A model generated the notes under the pieces. It had not been told where the DNA came from. It searched no databases and saw only the letters and a program-made list of their open reading frames with translations. Positions 28,556 through 42,016 of a stretch of DNA of 64,000 nt are shown here, one piece after another (positions within the stretch are counted from its first letter, which is position 1; every line of letters starts with the position of its first letter). This stretch comes from Eledone cirrhosa. Its lineage: Eukaryota. The position numbers and the translations under genes were made by a program. The DNA is taken from contig OZ024742.1 in assembly GCA_964016885.1 (NCBI GenBank), positions 258,912,001 through 258,976,000 on the forward strand, in the 5' to 3' direction.

Positions 28556-29591
28556 TCCAATCAGCATAATTAACCACACAAAAAATCAATTAAACTAGGC
28601 TATAAGTTTAAAAAGCATCTATGAAGAAACAATACATAAATAAACGATAGCTATTTTATCCGCGATCAACAGCCACAGAATGTTTACCCAGTATTTCTAC
28701 TAGCCCGTGGAAATTGATTAGATATATAGCCAACCATACACAATTAGGTACAAAATCAAAGTTAGAAGAAAAAATGTATATAAGCATACCAAAATTATGT
28801 CTCTACACCATGAGTTATTTAATTAATTTGTCATTGAGCCACACCGTGAATGGTTGCCAAAAACACATATATGTATCTATGGCTCTGTCTAGTTTATGCA
28901 AATCTATATATTTTATAATCTCCCATATGGTTGAGAAACAAGTTAGGCAGTATTCGGCTGCGCTTTCTAGCTACCAGCCATCTCACCGTAAGGCACCAAT
29001 CACAAACTTTCTGACTTGAACACTAGCCACGTCACAGTTCTTAGCCATTTTAAATTCGTTTCTGGCGGGGATCATTTAAGAAAAATCTTTGTCCAATTGA
29101 GTTTGTTTCCTGATGATTTCGAAACTTGATCGGATATTTCCAAAAAGCGAATGAAACCACATGGTGTAGAGACATAATTTTGGTATGCTTATATACATTT
29201 TTTCTTCTAACTTTGATTTTGTACCTACTTGTGTATGGTTAGCTATATATCTAATCAATTTCCACGGGCTATTAGAAATACTGAGTAAATATTCTGTGGG
29301 TGTTGATCGCGGATAAAATAGCTATCGTTTATTTATCTATTGTTTCTTCATAGATGCTTTTTAAACTTATAACCCTGTTTAATTGATTTTTTGTGTGGAT
29401 GATTATGCTGATTGGGAGAGAAAATACTGTATATATTTTATCAAATGATTCTATGGACGTACTTTCTTGTATATTGCTCTGATTGTTGATTATTTAATTA
29501 ATTAATTCGTCATTGAGCCACACCGTGAATGGTTGCCAAAAACATATCTATATATCTATGGCTCTGTCTAGTTTATGTACATGTAAATCTA

Positions 29592-29600
<9 letters not shown>
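28556..29600 (+). mobile_element. ~680-bp tandem non-coding HHR unit (about 1.15 copies, 28813-29600) preceded by an inverted 255-bp segment (28556-28811)
   Basis: cattgagccacaccgtgaatgg recurs at 28832 and 29511 (period 679). 28556-28811 is the reverse complement of about 29160-29415. Confidence 0.88.
29105..29173 (+). ncRNA. Type I HHR
   Basis: guuuc-CUGAUGA-u-uucg...cgaa-u-GAAAC-cacauggu-GUA|-gagac. Confidence 0.72.
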
Positions 29601-29630
<30 letters not shown>

Positions 29631-29705
29631 AGAGAAAGAGTCGAAGTCAGTGTTGCAGCACATGTACAAGAAAACATCTAACACACGCACACACACACAC
29701 ACACA

Positions 29706-29772
<67 letters not shown>

Positions 29773-30583
29773 TGTGCGTCTATTGGTTGGGTATATGGAA
29801 TTTGCGAATATTTATATTTACAGTATTATTTAATTTCGAATTACGTAACGGTTTGGAAGCCACAAATACGACAAGCTATTTTTGATCGCATGTCATTATT
29901 TGTCTTTAAGAAAATACGTTGGGAATTATTATTAAATTGATATGCATTAAAAGTATATGAATGTTTCCTTAGTAGTAGCATCTCAATATCATGTATATAT
30001 GCATACAATACCTTCCGTTTATAACCATTGCTACAGTTAATTTCAACCACCGTTTTTCAATTAAATCCTGCTACGCTAGTAATTATTCACAAACCTATTG
30101 AATATGTCAAAGAAGAATGGTTTGCTTCGTTCAACGCATGAAAAGAATCCAGTTGGAAATGAAAGGACAAAAGAAATAAGTTCGATATCTTATGTGATTA
30201 GTTATTCCTTCAATGCCGATCGAAATAGTTCGCCATCGGTATGGGTTCACAATTCTGTATAATTATGAACGCATTCCATGCCATCTTTCATTGTAATGAA
30301 TGAATGGTTATTGATCTGTGCGTTCAAAATCAATACAGAACACTGGTTTTATTCTTAATCTCTAAGCGACCATCCATGTTTGCCAGGGTAGTAGAATGGG
30401 TCTACTATTGGAAACGAAAAGCTTAAGGCTGTAATAATGCGTTTATACATTAAGCTGGATTTATAAACGACATAGTCGTTATGAGGCAATGGTATGATAC
30501 TTCTTTTAGATTTGCTAAGTGGCATATCCCAACAAAACACAGTTAAGTGACACACACACACACAGGCACACACAGATACACAA

Positions 30584-30705
<122 letters not shown>

Positions 30706-31985
30706 TTATATGCATACAATATACTCAGAAGCAAACACACTAAACACTAATGTGTATATAAATATGCGAGTGCGTATGTGTGTGGGTATCTGTCTGTGTA
30801 AATGTATGTCTTTGTGTGTTTATATGTGTGTGTGAGTGTGTGTGAATAAAGAATATACCTACCTATAGGAATCGCTTTAAATTCCGAATATAAAGCCATA
30901 TGAAAGTTCTAGATAAATATAATTATAGTGACGTGATTCAGACATCTTGTCTTATGAAAACTCTGGTCAAACATATTATCACATATCTGTGACTCCAATC
31001 GTAATGTTGCATTCACTATTGCGTCCCTGTAATATTGGTGTGCTAATGATGAACTGTTTTAACAAAAGAAATATCACCAATCTATACACACGAAAAAAGC
31101 CACAAGCTCCATTTCACCATTTTACTTTCAATGTCCACATCAAATTTTCCTTGATTAATTCAAGACTTATCAATATTCAGTCTTTCTACTAATCCCCTTT
31201 TACTGTGAAATTGTGTTAACCCTACAAGAAGTTGTCAGGTGGGCTTTTACCTTATGAAACAGAGGGGTATTGTATGAATGATTTCATCGCAATTTATTAT
31301 ACGAATGCCTTACGCTGGATTGACTGAAAATACATTTAAATCAAGATTCAATCACCACACATATATGTCAGATATATAGAGAAACCAACTAATAATCTAT
31401 GCGAATATATCAAGTCATAACAAATGAGAAACCTAAATATTGTCGAACCATATTCTAAGAACGATCACTGTGACCTGTGCAACTCAAAGTTAATAGATAT
31501 ATTGCTTTGTACAGAAGTTGCATCGAAAGATGGACAGGCACGAAGCTAGGCAACACCTCGCCAACATCTTAAACAAGATGAAAATCCTAACTTTTGTCAA
31601 ATAATATTCATAGAATGGCCACTGCAACCTCTGCACTTCATAGATAATAGCTATAAGGTTCTATAAATAATGCCCCGAACAATAGTTCAGAGATAATCCT
31701 TTACTGCATGCACTGACTAAATTACCTTCTCCAAAGCTTCAAACGCAATGATTAAATATCACCTGCCCTAACATGAAATGAAATAGTGCCATACAACAGA
31801 GTCAAACTATCAACATATAAAACATTCTCAGCATAAAATCTGTTTATACACGCACGTAACCATATGCATTTATATTCCTTTGTATGCGTACTTACACACA
31901 TATGTAAAGATAGTTATATCGTATATATCTACATATCTGTGTGTGCATGTGTGAGTGTGAGAGAGAAAGATAGAGAGAGAGATAG

Positions 31986-32068
<83 letters not shown>

Positions 32069-33977
32069 AGACAGAGGGGGTGAAAGAGAATGCACGTGCT
32101 TTGGTGGTTAAGGTGTTTAGCTCAAGATAACAATGTGAGCTCAATTCCCGGTTTTGAATTGTTTCCTTTGACAAGGTATTTCACTCGATGTAGCTAACAC
32201 ATTTTAGTTGCATATTTAATTCACGCTGACTCTTTTGGAAAATTGCGTTAAAAGTACATGCATCCTTGGAATACTCAGCCACTTCTACGTTAATTTTACG
32301 AGCAGCGTCTTCTTTTAATTGGCTAGAACACACGTCCTCGGTAGCGACGGAAGTCTAACATAAGACACGCACATTTGAGGGTATGTATGTGTTTTTGTGG
32401 GCACATGTCTGTATGTGTGTGTGTATGTATGTGTATGTGAGTGGATGTTTGTGTGAGTATGTGTGTATGTTCTCTGGAATCTATAAATGCTAAATGTAAA
32501 TAGCCTTTTGTCTTTAAAATGTTAAATATATCTGTTACAACGCAGAACATTTGACCCCTGGCCCCATTTTTCTGTTCTCATGGGTAATTGCTGGCCTTGT
32601 GCCAAAAGTAGAAACAATTATGATCATTTATGTTGGGACGCTGTATTTACACGTTAATGTCTTTAGTTTTATTCCTTTTTCATATTAATTAAGACATCTT
32701 TCTTCATTATACAGTTTTTCAGCTGCTTTTAATTTCATGCAAATTATTTCATTTAACATTATAAGTTTTATGTTGTATCTCATATAATTATCGTACATAA
32801 ATACGTTCCTCTCTGTTGCCTAGCCAATAAATGAAAGATCACATTTATAAAAGAACCATACAACTCACTTACATAGAGACACCATGTATTATCTTCCTAC
32901 TTCTGGGGTTGTTTCACAAAATATATAAAACAATCGCCCCACCCTCCACATAATTTTCTGTGTTTAAACTTCATGAACAACAATGTTTCCTGTCGTGTTA
33001 AAGACAGTAAGGTTTCATTTGAGGGTGTATGTGGCTGCCTTTGCATGCTGACCGACCAAGCAATTATAAGAATTCCGCATTGATATTATTGACTGTGAGA
33101 AATATCTATTATGAATAGAGTTGTTAATCACTTCTTTTAAATCCCAACTAGTTTCAGACAAAGTCAATTAAAGTGAATGTTAGTTTGGGGACATATCCCG
33201 ATAATCCTAATTGAATAGTATTTTTGTTGTTCAGAAGCATTTTCAAACGGAGGACTCTTGGCTCCCAGGGGAAGAATTTTAGCCAACGAATATTAGAATA
33301 ATAATAATCAGGGACGAAATCCAAACTGGTAAAAAAATGGTTGCTTTTTGCTGCCGGTCGAGCAACCACTTAGTCTTTATTCATTGGTGTGCATCTATCC
33401 ATGTATTATTTTTTTATCAGTAGCTGAGTTGAACCACAGAGGATTATATATAGCTGATGTATGAACTTTAACTGAGAGTATACAGAAGAGATTTATATCT
33501 GATGAAGTAGTAACTTTTCAGCTAAGATGATATCTGACAGATGTATTCTATGACCAGCTTATTGCTTCAAGTTCTCATTCAAGTCATATATCATGTCCGA
33601 CATAAATTCCTAGTTGATCGCTTTCCGACATGAGCTAAAATAATCTGTTTCCCATGGAAGATATCTACCCATTCTTGTAAATAATAATTTTTCTCGATTA
33701 ATGAGTTGTGTATACCTTCAAATATTGTATATATTCGTTTGCCAAATAATGAATGCCGACAAATGAGGATCTAAATTCTCTACGAAGAGGTTTTGCCAGT
33801 GAGAGATTCTTTTAATGGCGCCATCTTAATTTAGTCAATCATATAAACCCCATGTCAAAGCTGGAAGATATGTCATCGATGCTCTTGAGGCGAATCGTTA
33901 AGTTACGTTAAACAAACACATGCATAAAGATAAATGTAGATACAGATGCACGCACGCACACACACACACAAATGGAC

Positions 33978-34038
<61 letters not shown>

Positions 34039-34162
34039 CATATATATATATACATAAATTAAGATGGCGACCGGGGTAGAAGCTGCTAAATGTTCGGTCG
34101 CCCTCATGTCTCTGATTTTCAGCCCCATGGACTTTGTCTATTATATTCCTTTGTTATATTTC

Positions 34163-34225
34163 GATTAACTGATGACGTCAGAGGATTCATACTGAACCCG
34201 GACATTGAAATGATCGTAGTATAAT
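34163..34225 (+). ncRNA. HHR-like motif, partly decayed
   Basis: CUGAUGA (34169-34175), stem II guc..ggauuca/ugaaccc..gac, then GAAA-UGAUCG-UA. Stem I is poor. Confidence 0.5.
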
Positions 34226-34407
34226 AAACCTTTTAAGGAATTACACCAGTCCAGCCTCCTTTTGTTTTATAATAATTAACTCCGTACTCGCACCACCAAC
34301 ACAAACGAAGACGTGTGAGTTGCATTACGTTGAGTGCTCTCCATAATATTACATCGAGGTTGACTATACGGAATGACCAGTTCTATCCAGTGGCGAACCA
34401 ACAAACC

Positions 34408-34491
<84 letters not shown>

Positions 34492-34935
34492 TTGCTCTTC
34501 TGCAGTTTGCAGTACAAGAAATTCAACTCACATGCCATTGGCCAATCCGAGGGTGCAATATAAGGCACACGTATATGGTGATTCAAAGACACTTTATGTG
34601 TTCATGTTATGAAGCGAATTCTTGAAGCACTCAGCCGAGCCTGTGCATATATACCCAGCTTGATAGACACGGCCTAGAGCTGGCGCCATAATAATATGCA
34701 TCCAGTATACTTGTGAAGGAATTGTGTGAAGAGCACGACAATCTCTCTAGTGTTTGTGGTACGAGAAAATACACTCAATGTAAACGTGCCTGAACTTATG
34801 TAAGTATGATGGGGAGCCTTGGCCAATCTATAACTTGAATTTTGAATAGCTTCTATATATTAATGATTCAGACGATAAAGACGCAATCGACATTCGTCCT
34901 CTAAGATGAAAGGATGTAAAATGATGATGATAACG

Positions 34936-35031
<96 letters not shown>

Positions 35032-35046
35032 TATATGTATAAATAT

Positions 35047-35121
<75 letters not shown>

Positions 35122-35129
35122 ATTTATAT

Positions 35130-35368
35130 ACAATATATTAATAAATGGAAACTATATTTATAAAACCATATTTATTTTATTATATATATTTCAAGGGCAA
35201 CCAAGGCAAATTATGGTGCGCTTTCATCAGATAAAATACAGATTTGTTTTATAAATAAATATTGACATACCCGGAAAGCGCACCAAGACTGCCTTGGTGG
35301 CCCTTGAAATATCTATAATAAAATAAATATGGTTTTATAAATATAGTTTCCATTTATTAATATATTGT
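35130..35368. repeat. Fold-back inverted repeat with ~95-bp arms, carrying an HHR
   Basis: 35130-35224 is the reverse complement of 35274-35368. Confidence 0.9.
35173..35238 (-). ncRNA. Type I HHR, intact core
   Basis: UAUUUUAU-CUGAUGA-aagcgcacca...ugguugcccuu-GAAA-UAUAUA-UA|-AUAAAAUA. Confidence 0.85.
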
Positions 35369-35514
35369 GTATTTACTCCACTTTATATCAGTTATAACAT
35401 TTTTTAAGCTTGTTGAATCCCAACAAATTAAATATAACCTCTGCATATATATAAATATATATATATATCGTTATCATCATCATTTAACATCTTTTTATCT
35501 TTTCATCTTTTCAT

Positions 35515-35546
<32 letters not shown>

Positions 35547-35596
35547 TGTATATATATGTATGTATATATATATATATATGTGTGTGTGAGAGAGAG

Positions 35597-35637
<41 letters not shown>

Positions 35638-37086
35638 ATGTGTATGTACGTGTGCGTATCTGCCTCATTGTCTGTTTCCTGCTACAAAATCCACTATTTC
35701 TATATTTCATTTCAATATTCTATATACTTTTATAAAATCACTATTTCACCCATTCAACGCCACGGCTGCTGATGCTACTGCAACAACAATTACAACAACA
35801 ACAACATTACTACTACTACTACTACTACTACTAGTACTACAATGCTTCAAGTTCTTTTCCTTATATTCTTCTATATATCTTCTCTCTAACAATATCTACA
35901 TTGATTGAGACCGATTATTCGGCTTCAATAATCTTCTGTTAATGTTATCTTTATTCCATCTAATAATACGTCTAATGAAAACTCTTTATAAACCATATTA
36001 TCGCTATAATCTCTATGCCTGCTATATACATTTTTCACCAAGAAAGAGCGTGACATATTAGTTAGATTGCTCGACTCATTAATGTGTTCCATTCGCAACG
36101 AGGTGGCGTGTTCCAGGGCAAAGCACTTTATTTCAAGTTGCTGCAGTCAACTTATCTGGCAAAAAAAATTAGCTGTACCAGCAAACGAAGGCGTTAGTGT
36201 TATCACATTCTCTGTCACGCTGAATTTCCCTGACAACACCCTAAGGTTACACGTGTCTGTGGAATTTTTAACGACGAATAACCGTTTCTTTGCTCGAAGA
36301 ATTGGAATTCTCATCGTGTGAAACGACGTACGTTGAAGAATATCTTCATTGATTGGAACCGGTTATATATCTACAATAATCTGCTAATGTTGTTATCTTT
36401 ACTCTAGCTATTCCAGCCAAGAAAACTACAACTAAACCGCATTATCGTTATAATCTCTATAATCGCTATATTTATCTATCATGCTCCCCGGGTGTTTATC
36501 TCATTCTATCGTTTACTTTATCCGTCTATCATTATATCTTAGTTCTTTCGCCTGAATGTCTGTCTGCTTTTCCAATTATTTTTACTATGAATACATATCT
36601 ACGTATTATACGAACTCAAAAAATCCCCCCACCCCCCAATAAACTTCTGTATGTATGCATAGATAGTACGGGTAATATAAATATATATGGACGTTTGTAC
36701 GTATGTATAGCACGAGGTTTAAAGACTCGCGCATATATTCACACAGCTTATGCTGAAAGAATAACTATGTTGCTTGTGTTTATTTCCATCTTCGGTTAGC
36801 TTCCCCCTGTGTTGTTTACTTGTCTCACTCGCTTTACGCGTTTCTATTGTCCTAAAAACTTATTTTAGTTATTATCGCTTCAACGTGAGGTATATGATTT
36901 TTAATGCGATGAAATACCCATGATCGTTTGGTAAATCACTGATGAGGGACTCTTTTTATAACATGTTATCCATGTGCAACCAGCAGTATTCTTCTCACCC
37001 ATATTTTTCATATATATATATATATATACTACCTCCAAATAAGGACATAATACTAACATACTACTAATTCTGAATAAAATTATTAT

Positions 37087-37222
37087 TGCTTTTGAAAACA
37101 GCTGGTGATATGCATGTAAGTAAATATTCTGTTTATCTGATAGTTTGTAACTAATCTTACATAAATCAATAACTGAGTATAGCTACAATGTATTATCATC
37201 ATCTAGAAACGATCGTAAAGCA
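37087..37222 (+). ncRNA. Decayed HHR with a long stem-II insertion
   Basis: ugcuu-UUGAAAA-..uggugauaugcau...auguauuaucauca..-GAAAC-GAUC-GUA|-aagca. Confidence 0.5.
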
Positions 37223-37398
37223 GTGAAGTATATCTCTAATGACTTGATTTTTTATTTCATTGTTTTAACTTATATATATATATATATATGTACACAGACA
37301 CATATGTAATTATATAATTTCTCTTTCTTCGTATATATTTACTTCGACTTGTCTCTTAGAAAGACAACACAAAGAGGAGAGTCAGATGAACAGAAATG

Positions 37399-37441
37399 GT
37401 CACTGAAAAGCTCGCAGAACTTGTGTCGAAAGAGCTCTGGC
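37399..37441 (+). ncRNA. Minimal HHR with G8A core change; resembles 46202-46244
   Basis: guca-CUGAAAA-gcucgcag(aac)uuguguc-GAAA-GAGC-UC|-uggc. Confidence 0.55.
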
Positions 37442-37508
37442 AATAGGAAGGGATTATATACATCACTATTACATCCGAAGGGAAGCTTAAGTCGTGTGCA
37501 TATATATT

Positions 37509-37594
<86 letters not shown>

Positions 37595-37597
<3 letters not shown>

Positions 37598-38283
37598 TAT
37601 TTTCCGTTGTGTTGTAATATAAATATTACACACAGTAGATTGACAGCTCACGTAGAGTTTGCTCGACGGTTCCAGTTGTAGTTCCAAAAGTAATCCGGAG
37701 AAAAATAGAAAGATTTGGATGGATACAGTTTAGTTGAAAGGAATTTATTGACACGTGTTTCTATAACAGTTACATAACCCATGAACATGTTACTATGTGA
37801 ATGTGAGTATATGTATTTTGTAGAGGTGTGCAAATATGTTTGTGTGTGAATGCGTGGGTGAAATTTAAGTCTGAATGTTAATTAAGTGCAAACACAAAAC
37901 CAACCACGCATATCTTTACTATCTCTAATCCTTCTATAGATTTAGAAAAATAACCAATAATATATTCTATAAAAATGTCAAAACAACAGATGGGAATCTA
38001 ATTACTCACTGCCACCAAAAATTCTCACTGCTATCAAAAAACCACTCCCTCAACTATTCTTCTAACAACTTCACCCCTCCCTCCTAATATTCTCTATAAA
38101 AATCAAACAGGTCTTCAGTAATATTATTCTGATGAAATGACAGTAAATAATAACATTGAAATATTGAATGTCTGTATAACTAATACTTTGTAGATAGCAG
38201 CTGTTTTCAGGTTATGTAACTGTTATAGAAACACGTGTCAATAAATTCCTTTCAACTAAACTGTATCCATCCAAATCTTTCTA
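37595..38283 (+). mobile_element. TA-flanked non-coding HHR module: inverted 3' tail (37595-37779) plus forward body (37860-38283)
   Basis: 37706-37779 is the reverse complement of 38210-38283. A near-identical family member lies at 63165-64000. Confidence 0.85.
38124..38244 (+). ncRNA. Type I HHR, perfect core, with a ~75-nt insertion in stem II
   Basis: UUAUU-CUGAUGA-a-augacagu-[~75 nt]-acuguuau-a-GAAAC-ACGU-GUC|-AAUAA. Confidence 0.82.
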
Positions 38284-38285
38284 TA

Positions 38286-38317
<32 letters not shown>

Positions 38318-38697
38318 CAATAATATAATATACACGCCTTTGTGTGTTTGTACGTATGTGCGTATGTATGTGTGTGCATGTGTGTGTGTCTGTGTGTGTG
38401 TCTGTGTGTCTGTGTGTCTGTGAGGGTATGTCTGTGTGTTTGTGTGTGCTTGGAAGCCACTTCAATGCGGAAACGTAAATTTTGAGGAAGGACAGAGTCG
38501 ATATTGACTAATAATAATTAGATGAAAATGTAAAAAAGAAGCAAGAAACTAGAGATTGTGCTACGTTGTTGATGTTTATTAATCCCGAAATATTTCGGAT
38601 AGGGTATCTACTTTGAAGTCTCCGAGGAAACTAAGAGAATACCAGAAATCCACCTTGTAAACCTGATAGCCTGTCTTGAAATTATGACTCATACACG

Positions 38698-38866
<169 letters not shown>

Positions 38867-39003
38867 TTGTATATGATTGCGTGTGCCTGCATGTGTGTAA
38901 GTGCACGCGTATGTTCGGAATGTCTGCCGTACAAAGACAGGAGGAACACATATCAGGGTAGTACACGATGCAAGAACAGACACACACACACACACACACA
39001 CAC

Positions 39004-39077
<74 letters not shown>

Positions 39078-39789
39078 TATATACATATATACATTCACAT
39101 ATGTATCCATGAAGTTTGTCCGGCCGTCTGTCTGTGTGCATTAATATGTGCATTAACATGCATACATATATACGCATGTATACAGAGAGAGAGAGAGAAA
39201 GAGCGAGGGAGAGAGAGAGGTAGATGGTGGTAGTGGAATGGATATTTATTGATATCCATGCACAACACAACATAGATTTTAGTATTTAGCTTCTATTCAT
39301 TTTTTCATCATGTTCTTCTTCGTTTACTTCTTATTATCATCATCTTCACGCCTCTTCGACAGGCTCCTACCCATAAGTTTCGATCTCCATCTCCATCTTT
39401 TGCTGTTTCATTAAGAACCTATATATAAATCCCTCTCATTGTAGCAGACCAATGAAACTTCCAAGACATCGGTTTCTATATGTACAACAAAATCGAAGAT
39501 TCGCATTGATTTTTTCCCCCATGTCCACAGTTAGCATTGCTTCCGCACTGAGTGGAGATTAACTACGAATCGTTTCTCGGCATAATGCATAATATTCAAC
39601 AGTGTTTTCATCATTGATATTTCGGTTGGAAATAATTATCAAGGAAATATCACACGATATCTACTTTTCTACAGTATCTATACAGATATAGCAGTATAGA
39701 CTTGGCTCGTGTACAGACAAAACATTCGCATGAATATTACATAATATGAATTTAGCTATTATATATATATACTATATATATACACAGAA

Positions 39790-39825
<36 letters not shown>

Positions 39826-40007
39826 TGTAAAAATATTGATGTAAATAAAATCAAGAACTCCACGTGCTAAATATGTCGTCCTCGAAGTATTTACCACGGC
39901 CTTATCAATAAAGTACTTTATCATCTAAACATTGTATTTCCCTATTCTCTCTCTCTCTATATATATATATATATACATATATATAAATATCTATATATAT
40001 ATATACG

Positions 40008-40647
40008 TATAGAAATTTCGTATTTCTAAAGAAATACTATTTTAGGAAGCCGTAGCTCTGCAAACACCGGGGGGCTAACGGCCTTTGGTGTTGTCCACCA
40101 GAACCAAGGGGGACAATCGCTATGCATTTCAGGCTTGACTTGCCATCGTCAAGACGATCCCTCCCACTGCTCTGCGACTGCTGGACTTGAAAACAGCCGA
40201 GAACATATAGTTTTCTCGTCTGTGTAAATGAGGTGATTAATCTCATTTGCATATGAAGCTGCATAAGTTGGCTTAACTTGAGGGCGTTAGCACCCCCCCC
40301 CCCGGTGTTTGCATAGCTACGGCTTCCTAAAATCGTATTCATTTAGAAATACGAAATTTCTATACATATTGTATAAAGCTATGCTTGAAGCGAAATCTTA
40401 TTTCTTTTCTATTATAAGTTGAGCCAACTTATACAGCTTCATATGCAAATGAGACTAATCACCTCATTTACACAGACGAGAAAACTATATATTGTCGGCT
40501 GTTTTCAAGTCCAGCAGTCGCAGTGCAGTGGGAGGGATCGTCCTGACGATGGCCAGTCAAGCCTGAAATGCATAGAGGGTTGTCCCACTTGCTTCTGCTA
40601 TACATATTGTAAAAAGCTATGCTTGAAGCGAAATCTTATTTCTTTTA
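40008..40647. mobile_element. Rearranged TA-flanked HHR module with layout A, B(-), A-inverted, C, B(+), C
   Basis: A 40008-40080 vs 40285-40363 inverted; B 40110-40278 vs 40416-40586 inverted; C 40361-40408 vs 40598-40647 direct. Confidence 0.85.
40530..40586 (+). ncRNA. Type I HHR; mirror copy at 40110-40165 on the minus strand has UUGACGA
   Basis: ggga..gaucguc-CUGACGA-u-ggc(cagucaa)gcc-u-GAAA-UGCA-UA|-gaggguu.uccc. Confidence 0.75.
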
Positions 40648-40658
40648 TATATATATAT

Positions 40659-41216
40659 TTGGTGTGGGATGCTTAAAGCGTCCGTGAGCGGTATGCCGTA
40701 TGAGCACTCGATGCTCTTACAGAGCAGAGTATAATATCACATAAGAAACGGAGAATCAGTGGTGCTACGAATAAGATGTATTAGACATATTACAATCATT
40801 TCTCTGGCGACCAGCTCGAGACACGATCGATGCAATGATCAAACCTGACTCTGAAACCGCAAGATCCTCGGATATGTCTCGATTCTACGAAGCAGAGTTT
40901 CCAAAGATTTTGGAAACTCTGCTTCGTAGAATCGAGATTTGTTATACTTGGGGTGGGTCATATTGTTGTAATATTGTCAGAAATAATAACAGAACACACT
41001 CACTGTTTGGTTGGTTTTCGCTTCTGTATCTTTTTTATCTCTAAAGTTAATTTATTTGGCAATCGATTGACCAGCGGTTAAAAATACAGATATAAATATA
41101 TATATATATATATATTCTCTATCAAATTTCTTTCGTTGCACATACGCAAACATCATCAGTGGTACTATTATGTTCCCTCCCATTGTATTGTAATGTCTAC
41201 GCCATTTTTATTTAAG

Positions 41217-41258
<42 letters not shown>

Positions 41259-41688
41259 CAAGCAGTGGGCAACCTTGAGTGGCTAGAAATACCGGTGACG
41301 TGTACAATTTTTGACCACTCATGGAATGACAACAACAGGATCTAAATCAACAAACGAAGGAATTCGATGTTAAAGGACAATAGGAAAATCTGCTTCGTAG
41401 AATCGAGATGTATCCGAGGACCGCGCGATTTCAGAGTCAGGTTTGATCACCATATCGATCGTACCTCAAGCTGGTCGCCGGAGAAAAAATTGTAATATGT
41501 CCAATAAATTCCTCTCGTCGCAACACTGATTCTCTTTTTTCTGTGATATCAAACTCTGCATTTCACATCGGTGGCTGCTTTGCTTTCCAATCCTTTTAAT
41601 AATTGCGTAGATTTGAAAAGCTTGCTCTGCGAGGGCATCGAGTGCTCATACGGCCTACTGTATACGGACGCTTTAAGCATCCAACACC

Positions 41689-41691
<3 letters not shown>
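40659..41691. repeat. Diverged inverted pair (40659-40897 / 41389-41691) with a perfect 29-bp-stem hairpin at 40877-40937
   Basis: Termini ttggtgtgggatgcttaaagcgtccgt and acggacgctttaagcatccaacaccaa, both abutting (TA)n. Confidence 0.85.
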
Positions 41692-41728
<37 letters not shown>

Positions 41729-41964
41729 ACTAGAAATTGATTGACATATATATATATATATATATATATTTAAAATAAACACATGAAACAATCACAGGGG
41801 ATAATTTGTAGGTAACTAATTAAAGTTTAACTAGATATTCAAATATAATCTTTTCAAAAATGATTAATCTTCCTTGTATATATTTCACTAAAAATCCGTA
41901 AAGTCACAGTAGTTAAATCTTAGATAATGACTCCTTTAATTTAATTTAACTAAATTTATTTCGG

Positions 41965-42016
<52 letters not shown>

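Noticed and set aside
28714-29258. Paired ORFs MIRYIANHTQ.GTKSKLEEK on opposite strands
   Set aside because: A by-product of the inverted duplication; not conserved as an open frame at the 61.4-62.3 kb locus.
36945-36975. Isolated CUGAUGA (also at about 33500)
   Set aside because: No correctly placed GAAA or closing stems; expected by chance.
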